DNA from: Methanobacteriota archaeon
GTDB lineage: Archaea > Thermoplasmatota > E2 > JACPAO01
DNA length: 36,961 nucleotides
Assembly: GCA_016180755.1 (NCBI GenBank)
Contig: JACPAO010000024.1
Coordinates: 1 to 36,961, forward strand
Direction of reading: 5' to 3'
Within the stretch, counting starts at the first letter, position 1, and each line of letters opens with the position of its first letter. Of this stretch, positions 31,881 to 36,961 are shown one piece after another. The notes beneath the pieces are model-generated. The model had not been told where the DNA came from. It made no database searches and saw nothing but the letters and a program-made list of their open reading frames with translations. The position numbers were made by a program, and so were the translations under genes.

Positions 31881-32930
31881 GTGCGAAGCGTTCCCGGGAA
31901 TGGAATTCCCGAAGGTCGATTTCGGCACGCTTGGAGCAGCCGTGGCACAAACGGAGCTTCCCGCCATTCCTTTATACTCGCCCGGGCACTGCTTCGTTCC
32001 AGCCCGGTCGGTGGGACGATAAGACAGCAACGAACGCTCCTCTGGCTCGCCGCCGTCTCCGGCCTTCTCTCCGGATGCATGGGGGGAGGTAGCCCCGCTT
32101 CCACGTCGAGCCCGACCGCCACGGAAGACCCGTCCGTGACCGGGGCCGTCGAAGGCATCGTGGTCGACGAGGAGACGCTGCCCGTCGAGGGCGCCGCCGT
32201 CGGCCTCCTCGCGGACCCCTCTACGCGCACCGACACCGACGGGGGCGGGCGCTTCCGCCTCGTCCTCGCACCCGGCCTCCACGAGTTGCTTGTCCAGAAG
32301 GACGGGTACAAGCACGGGGCCCTCGAGGTCAACGTCATCGCGGGCGAGATCACGAAGGCCCGCATCATCCTGAAAGCGGCCCCCTTGGCCGTCCCGCGCG
32401 AAGTGCGCTTCCCCTACAACGGATACCTCGGGTTCGACCTCGCCGTCCCCTCGGGGAACCAGTTCGGCCCCGGCCCGGCGGGCGACGTACAACGGTCCGT
32501 CTACTACAACATCGAACAGCCCGACCTCGTTGGCGTCTTCGCGGCCGCGGTCTGGACGGGCAACCTCCCTTCCGTGTCGGACCGGCTCCACCTTCTTATC
32601 TACCTCAACATCGACCGGAGCCAGCAGTGCGACGACGCGGCGCGAACGTACTGCCTGCCCATGGCGACGACCGAGGGCCGGTCCCCCATCGCGAACGGAT
32701 CGAACGACTACCAGGAGAACATGCGCGAACGGGAGAACCTACGCGTGAACGTCCGGTTCCGCATGCGTCCCTGCGTGACCGCGGACGTCGGCACGTCGTG
32801 GGTTAACCCGGCCCGCTGCGCGACGCCGGCCGAGCTCGTGAAGCTCGCGGTGGACCAGCGCGTGTCCGTGTACACCGTCATGTTCTACGGTCAACCGGCG
32901 CCCCCCGGCTTCAGCGCCGTTCCGGCGTAG
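31881..32930 (+). CDS. Lipobox-bearing CarboxypepD_reg-domain protein, paralogue b of 3 (true start uncertain)
   Basis: VEGIVVDEETLPVEGAAVGLLADPSTRTDTDGGGRFRLVLAPGLHELLVQKDGY, and the C-terminus is VSVYTVMFYGQPAPPGFSAVPA. The signal peptide RTLLWLAAVSGLLSGC begins about 50 codons after the only in-frame canonical start, GTG 31881. Confidence 0.7.
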   Translation: MRSVPGNGIPEGRFRHAWSSRGTNGASRHSFILARALLRSSPVGGTIRQQRTLLWLAAVSGLLSGCMGGGSPASTSSPTATEDPSVTGAVEGIVVDEETLPVEGAAVGLLADPSTRTDTDGGGRFRLVLAPGLHELLVQKDGYKHGALEVNVIAGEITKARIILKAAPLAVPREVRFPYNGYLGFDLAVPSGNQFGPGPAGDVQRSVYYNIEQPDLVGVFAAAVWTGNLPSVSDRLHLLIYLNIDRSQQCDDAARTYCLPMATTEGRSPIANGSNDYQENMRERENLRVNVRFRMRPCVTADVGTSWVNPARCATPAELVKLAVDQRVSVYTVMFYGQPAPPGFSAVPA

Positions 32931-32935
32931 CCCCG

Positions 32936-33829
32936 CTAACTGCCGGGCAGGGCCGAGTAGACGCTCAGGTCCTGGGGCGCCTTGTAGTAGAACGTCGAGA
33001 CGTAGATCTCGTAGGCCTCTTGCGCGGTCAGGGCGACGCCGACCGGGCCCGCCTTCGCGGGCAGCTTCTGGACGTCGATCGTGAGGGGGCCCTTCTCTCC
33101 CTTCGCCGGCGTCGAGGCCTCGGCCCCGTATTGGCTGTGGAGCGTTGCGGGCAGCAGGTCGATGCGGGCGGGCGAGTTCGAGGCGAGCCGCGCGTAGACG
33201 CGCGTCCCGGTGGGGGCCGACGGGTCGTCGTACTGGAGCGACACGACGGACTGTTGGGCGGTCGATGCCCCCCCTTTCCACGTGGTCTCCGTGACCACGG
33301 CGGCCCAGTCCTTGGGGAACCCGGCTGCGTGGTGCACGTTCGTGCAGGTGGAGCCGGTGTTGGCCACGCCGACGTCGACGAACGCGCAGTTGATGTTCCC
33401 GCGCACGAGCTTGACCTCGGGGGGAAGGACCTGGCCCACGGCGGGTGCCAGGAAGATCGTCATCGTGTAGGAGTACCCGGCCTTGAGGGGGACGACCTCC
33501 TCGTATTCTCTCCAACCGGCCGCCTTCACGCTGAGGGTGTACGTCTCCGGCGGGACCTCAGGGAACGCGAACTTCCCGTTCCACAGGGTCTTCGTCTCGA
33601 GGCCCATCTCGACCAACCGGACGACCGCCCCATGGATGGGAATGAAGTTGTCGTCGGAGACCACGCCGTCGAGGGCCGCGACGTCCTTGGCCGGGGCCCC
33701 CTTGTCGGGGGCGATGGCGGCGATCCGCCCGTCCCGGCCGGGGCCCGCGCAGCCCGCGAACAAGAGGGCAACGACGACCACGATTCCGGCTAGCGCGCGC
33801 AAAGGAACGGCCTTCTCCGACCCCTCCAA
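32936..33829 (-). CDS. Lipobox-bearing CarboxypepD_reg-domain protein, paralogue c of 3
   Basis: 297 aa starting at TTG 33829 (TTG 33802 is the alternative). Signal LRALAGIVVVVALLFAGC. Domain pattern LDGVVSDDNFIPIHGAVVRLVEMGLETKTLWNGKFAFPEVPPETYTLSVKAAGW. The C-terminus is YEIYVSTFYYKAPQDLSVYSALPGS. Confidence 0.75.
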   Translation of the reverse strand: MEGSEKAVPLRALAGIVVVVALLFAGCAGPGRDGRIAAIAPDKGAPAKDVAALDGVVSDDNFIPIHGAVVRLVEMGLETKTLWNGKFAFPEVPPETYTLSVKAAGWREYEEVVPLKAGYSYTMTIFLAPAVGQVLPPEVKLVRGNINCAFVDVGVANTGSTCTNVHHAAGFPKDWAAVVTETTWKGGASTAQQSVVSLQYDDPSAPTGTRVYARLASNSPARIDLLPATLHSQYGAEASTPAKGEKGPLTIDVQKLPAKAGPVGVALTAQEAYEIYVSTFYYKAPQDLSVYSALPGS

Positions 33830-33900
33830 GCCAGGGTTCTGACTTTAATGGTTTTTGGTCGCGTCCTCCGACCCTCACTACTTAACGGCGCAAACCAGCC

Positions 33901-33908
33901 TTTTTATC
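33901..33908 (+). promoter_or_regulatory. TATA-like box (TTTTTATC) for dacZ
   Basis: AT-rich box about 33 nt upstream of ATG 33936, in the divergent intergenic region 33830-33935. Confidence 0.35.
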
Positions 33909-33935
33909 ATCTCGCCGCCGATTTATCCCTTATTA

Positions 33936-34796
33936 ATGGGCGAGCAACGCGAGGTGGCAAGGACCTTGGACGTCGGCCGGCTTCACGGCCAGTACGCGGC
34001 CACGTTCACCCACATCATCGGGGACAACACGGGGACGCTCCGCTCGCTCGTCACGAGCTCGCCGCGGCCCATCCTCCTCTCGTCGTGGCGGCCCGAAGTG
34101 TACGATGACCTCCTCAAGGTCGAGCCGAGCCTCAAGTTCCATCCCTTGTCCCATGAGGTGGCCCCCGGGCTCAACGCGCTCAACCAGATCCGCGACATCA
34201 TCCTCGGCGCTTACGTCGAGGGCTTCTTCGGGTCCCAGGACCGCATCCTCTGCGTGGCCCGCATCGGCGAGCACTTCGAGACGATCCTCTTCTGCGACAT
34301 GCGGTACGACGAGTCCGTGACCCGGCTCAAGAAGGACCTCGAGGGCCGCGCCGACATCCGCGTCATCGAGACGGTGCTCCAGATCGCCGGCGAGATCGCG
34401 CGCGAGGGCCGCGAGCGCGGCCATGTCGGGGCCATCTTCGTGATTGGGGACACGGAGCGCGTCCTCAAGGCGTCGCGCCAGGTCGTCATCAACCCGTTCC
34501 ACGGCCACCCGCCCGAGGACCGCGACATCCTCGACCCGTCCACGTGGGAGACCGCGAAGGAGTTCAGCCAGATCGACGGGGCCTTTGTCCTTCGAGAGGA
34601 CGGGATCATCGAGGCCGCGGGCCGCTACATCGAGGTGAAGAACCCCGTCCAGCTCCCGTCGGGCCTGGGCGGACGCCACCTCGCCGCTGCGGCCGTGTCG
34701 AAGGAGACGAAGGCGATCGCCATCGCCGTGAGCGAGACGGGTGTCATCCGCATCTTCAAGGACGGCGAGATCCTCATGCGGATCGGGACGTCCTAG
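33936..34796 (+). CDS. dacZ: Diadenylate cyclase (c-di-AMP synthase), archaeal DacZ type
   Basis: 286 aa from ATG 33936; the track ORF starts at 33855 in AT-rich leader sequence. DAC-domain motifs: HVGAIFVIGD, EFSQIDGAFVLREDGIIEAAGRYI, LPSGLGGRHLAAAAVSKETKAIAIAVSETGVIRIFKDG. The N-terminal domain is about 130 aa, as in DacZ. Confidence 0.85.
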   Translation: MGEQREVARTLDVGRLHGQYAATFTHIIGDNTGTLRSLVTSSPRPILLSSWRPEVYDDLLKVEPSLKFHPLSHEVAPGLNALNQIRDIILGAYVEGFFGSQDRILCVARIGEHFETILFCDMRYDESVTRLKKDLEGRADIRVIETVLQIAGEIAREGRERGHVGAIFVIGDTERVLKASRQVVINPFHGHPPEDRDILDPSTWETAKEFSQIDGAFVLREDGIIEAAGRYIEVKNPVQLPSGLGGRHLAAAAVSKETKAIAIAVSETGVIRIFKDGEILMRIGTS

Positions 34797-34888
34797 GCGT
34801 ACGCAAACGCCCTTACCAATGCCTTCATGACGCACCATGCCTCCAAACGGCCGTCGCGGGCCTGAACACGCGTGAAACGGGCCAAGGC

Positions 34889-35059
34889 TTGTTGGTCTGG
34901 CTGGTCGCGCTCGTGGGGTGCCTGGAGTCCCTCGGCCTCGTGGCCGTCTCACTCTATCGGGGGCAACTCTTCGAGGCCGTCGTCTGGACGTTCATTACGA
35001 TCACTATCGGTTTCCTAGCCTCGCAAATCGAAAAGATCAAGCTGTACTTGGAGGCTTGA
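34889..35059 (+). CDS. Small two-TM membrane protein, cassette copy B, gene 1
   Basis: 56 aa from TTG 34889, the first canonical start in this frame after dacZ. (M)LVWLVALVGCLESLGLVAVSLYRGQLFEAVVWTFITITIGFLASQIEKIKLYLEA is paralogous to 26253-26405. Confidence 0.55.
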   Translation: MLVWLVALVGCLESLGLVAVSLYRGQLFEAVVWTFITITIGFLASQIEKIKLYLEA

Positions 35060-35068
35060 ATCGTGTCC

Positions 35069-35185
35069 ATGATCTACCCCTTCACGGGCCATCCCGCCCT
35101 CGTGAAGCTCAGGCTCGCGGCCTTCGCCTGCGTCCTGGCGGAGCTGGTCATGATCGCCTGGGGCCTCGCCACCGGACGTTTCTGA
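35069..35185 (+). CDS. Small one-TM membrane protein, cassette copy B, gene 2
   Basis: 38 aa: MIYPFTGHPALVKLRLAAFACVLAELVMIAWGLATGRF. It shares YPFxxHPALVxxRL, and the same position after gene 1, with 26421-26537. Confidence 0.5.
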   Translation: MIYPFTGHPALVKLRLAAFACVLAELVMIAWGLATGRF

Positions 35186-35235
35186 GCGACGCACGAAAAG
35201 ACCAAGACCCGCACGAGTCGTGCGGCACCGCAACC

Positions 35236-36279
35236 GTGCCATCCCTCGAATCCCTCGGCGCAGCCGTCCCCGGCGAACCCGTCCCTCAGGACGCCGTGAA
35301 GTCGAAGGCCGCGGACGTCCTCTCCGCCGTCTCGCCGGACCTCCTCAAGCACCTCTCGGTCTTCGACTCGACCGGCATCAAGACGCGGCACTTCGTGCGT
35401 CCCCTCGACTGGTACCTCGAGACGCACGGCTGGCGCGAGCGGAGCGAAGTGTTCCGAGAAGAAGGGCTTCGACTCCTGGAGGCTGCGGCCCGCACGGCGC
35501 TCCGGAACGCGCGAAAGGGGCCCGAGGACGTGGACGGCATCGTGTTCGTCTGCACGACGGGCATCTCCACGCCGAGCCTCGACGCGCGCCTTGTCAACAG
35601 GATGCGGCTCAGGCCCGACATCCTCCGCGTGCCCCTCTGGGGTCTCGGCTGCGCCGGGGGCGTCGCCGGTCTTCGCACCGCCGCCGACCTCGCCCGGGCC
35701 CACCCGAAGAAACGCTTCCTTCTCTTATCGCTCGAGCTCTGCAGCCTCGCGTTCCACCTCGGCGACCTGGACCTACGCAGCTTCGTCGCCGCCACCCTGT
35801 TCGGCGACGGCGCCGCGGCCGCCCTCCTGCGCGGCGACGAGACCGAAGGCGCGACGCTCGCGAAGGCCGGCGCCGCGTCAACACACGCATGGCCGGATTC
35901 GGAGGACGTCATGGGCTGGGACGTCATGGACGCCGGCCTCAGCGTCGTCTTCTCCCGCAAGATCCCGGAAATCGTCGAACGCGAGCTCGGCCCCGTCGCC
36001 GAGCGGTTCCTCGGCGCGGCGCGCACGAGACCCGACCGGTACGTGTTCCATCCCGGCGGCACCAAGGTCCTCCAGGCCTACGAGAAGGCCCTCGGCCTCA
36101 ACGGCACGAGCCTCGACTCGGCGAAGACCGTGCTCGCCCGCTACGGCAACATGTCGAGCCCCTCGGTTCTCTTCGCGCTCGAGGAGTCGCTCAAGCGGCC
36201 GCTACGAGACGGCGAGTCCGCGCTCCTTGCCGCCCTCGGCCCCGGGTTCGCCAGCGAACTCATGCTGCTTCAAGGGTGA
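35236..36279 (+). CDS. Type III polyketide synthase (chalcone-synthase superfamily)
   Basis: 347 aa from GTG 35236. The 453-aa track ORF extends upstream over the small genes. The Cys-His-Asn triad contexts are LWGLGCAGGVAGL, YVFHPGGTKVL and RYGNMSSPSVLF. Also present are TTGISTPSLDARL and LGPGFASE. Confidence 0.85.
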   Translation: MPSLESLGAAVPGEPVPQDAVKSKAADVLSAVSPDLLKHLSVFDSTGIKTRHFVRPLDWYLETHGWRERSEVFREEGLRLLEAAARTALRNARKGPEDVDGIVFVCTTGISTPSLDARLVNRMRLRPDILRVPLWGLGCAGGVAGLRTAADLARAHPKKRFLLLSLELCSLAFHLGDLDLRSFVAATLFGDGAAAALLRGDETEGATLAKAGAASTHAWPDSEDVMGWDVMDAGLSVVFSRKIPEIVERELGPVAERFLGAARTRPDRYVFHPGGTKVLQAYEKALGLNGTSLDSAKTVLARYGNMSSPSVLFALEESLKRPLRDGESALLAALGPGFASELMLLQG

Positions 36280-36282
36280 CGC

Positions 36283-36846
36283 TTGGACCTCGAAGGGAGC
36301 CCCGCCGCGGTCCTCCTGTCCACCGTCGCGATCCTCGGCGTCGTGCGCGTCGTGGAACTCGGCATCAACCGCGGGCACGAGCAGCGGCTGCTTGCGCGCG
36401 GCGCCGTCCGGCAGCCCCACGATGGCCTCATGCCCATCGTCGTCGCGCAGATGCTCCTGTTCGCGGGCCTCATCCTCGAGGGGATCGTGTTCCCGCCCGA
36501 GACCCGGCTCACGCCTTCGACGTGGGTCCTTCTTGGCGTTGCGGCCGCCGCGCTCGCGGTTCGCCACTGGTGCATCCGCGTCCTTGGCGACCACTGGACG
36601 ATCCACGTGATGACGGTCCCGGGCGCGAAGCTCATCCTGCGCGGACCCTACCGGTTCCTGCGTCACCCGAACTACCTCGCCGTCGCCGTCGAGGCCATGG
36701 CCCTGACGCTCGCGTTCCAGCTGTGGATCACGACATTCGTCGTGTTCGTGGTGGGCGCACCGGCCCTGTTGTACCGGATCCTTCGAGAGGAAGCCGCCCT
36801 CCGGCCCTTCCGGGCCGGTTCAAACGTTTCACAAGAAGCTTCATGA
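36283..36846 (+). CDS. Isoprenylcysteine carboxyl methyltransferase (ICMT)-family membrane methyltransferase
   Basis: 187 aa with a TTG start 3 nt after the PKS stop. It is multi-TM and carries LRGPYRFLRHPNYLAVAVEAMAL, the RHPxY..E motif of the ICMT/PEMT-like family. Confidence 0.75.
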   Translation: MDLEGSPAAVLLSTVAILGVVRVVELGINRGHEQRLLARGAVRQPHDGLMPIVVAQMLLFAGLILEGIVFPPETRLTPSTWVLLGVAAAALAVRHWCIRVLGDHWTIHVMTVPGAKLILRGPYRFLRHPNYLAVAVEAMALTLAFQLWITTFVVFVVGAPALLYRILREEAALRPFRAGSNVSQEAS

Positions 36847-36885
36847 GGAGAACCGCCGTGCCCGCCGCCAGCGTCGGGTGGAACC

Positions 36886-36961
36886 ATGTTGAAGATCGAC
36901 CTCATCATCGGCGGCGTCATCGGCGCGGCCATCCTTTTCTCGATCCTCGGCGTCGCCACGT
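36886..36961 (+). CDS. N-terminus of a membrane protein, cut by the window edge; function unknown
   Basis: ATG 36886 reads MLKIDLIIGGVIGAAILFSILGVAT. The fragment is hydrophobic and only 25 codons are visible. Confidence 0.3.
   Translation, partial: MLKIDLIIGGVIGAAILFSILGVAT

Noticed and set aside
34918-35235. The N-terminal 106 codons of the 453-aa track ORF, read as part of the type III PKS.
   Set aside because: This stretch overlaps the two small membrane-protein genes in another frame and is Arg/Pro-rich. Homology to type III PKSs begins near GTG 35236, giving a typical ~347-aa enzyme.
1-36961. CRISPR arrays, IS elements or transposases, integrases, rRNA and tRNA genes.
   Set aside because: I saw no regularly spaced direct repeats, no terminal inverted repeats flanking a transposase-like ORF, and no sequences resembling rRNA or tRNA while reading both strands.

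Overview
This is a high-GC segment. Spot counts of single 60-nt lines gave 73% G+C inside the surface-protein array and 60-63% inside the Fic gene. It looks archaeal, probably euryarchaeal. AT-rich TATA-like boxes sit about 27-31 nt upstream of many start codons, which suggests leaderless mRNAs. There is also a Bat-type HTH_10 regulator, a DacZ-type diadenylate cyclase, and PGF-CTERM-like C-terminal anchors. I support 37 protein genes and found no rRNA, tRNA, CRISPR array or transposase.

Layout:
- 1-697: FAH-family hydrolase, partial.
- 735-2666: three tandem PH-domain (bPH_2) membrane proteins.
- 2704-8064: a molybdenum-hydroxylase operon on the minus strand (MocA-like, XdhC, 2Fe-2S subunit, frameshifted large subunit, FAD subunit carrying a four-Cys insertion).
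- 8151-9130: an SRPBCC protein and a half-length deoxyhypusine-hydroxylase-like HEAT protein.
- 9333-13480: a lower-GC stretch with a PQQ/PKD transmembrane protein, a Fic protein and an HTH_10 regulator.
- 13664-22441: four tandem full-length paralogues of an uncharacterised ~720-aa secreted surface protein.
- 22416-23202: an RHH plus nucleotidyltransferase-like pair.
- 23310-26210: LeuC/LeuD-type dehydratase plus an isopropylmalate/isocitrate-family dehydrogenase.
- 26650-33829: six lipobox-bearing secreted proteins (two BNR/sialidase-like, one LVIVD propeller, three paralogous CarboxypepD_reg-domain proteins).
- 33936-36846: dacZ, then a type III polyketide synthase with an ICMT-family methyltransferase.

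A two-gene cassette of very small membrane proteins occurs twice, at 26253-26537 and 34889-35185. Many long ORFs in the six-frame track are Arg/Pro/Gly-rich shadow frames typical of high-GC DNA, and I rejected them. All family assignments come from reading motifs by eye. No database search was run.
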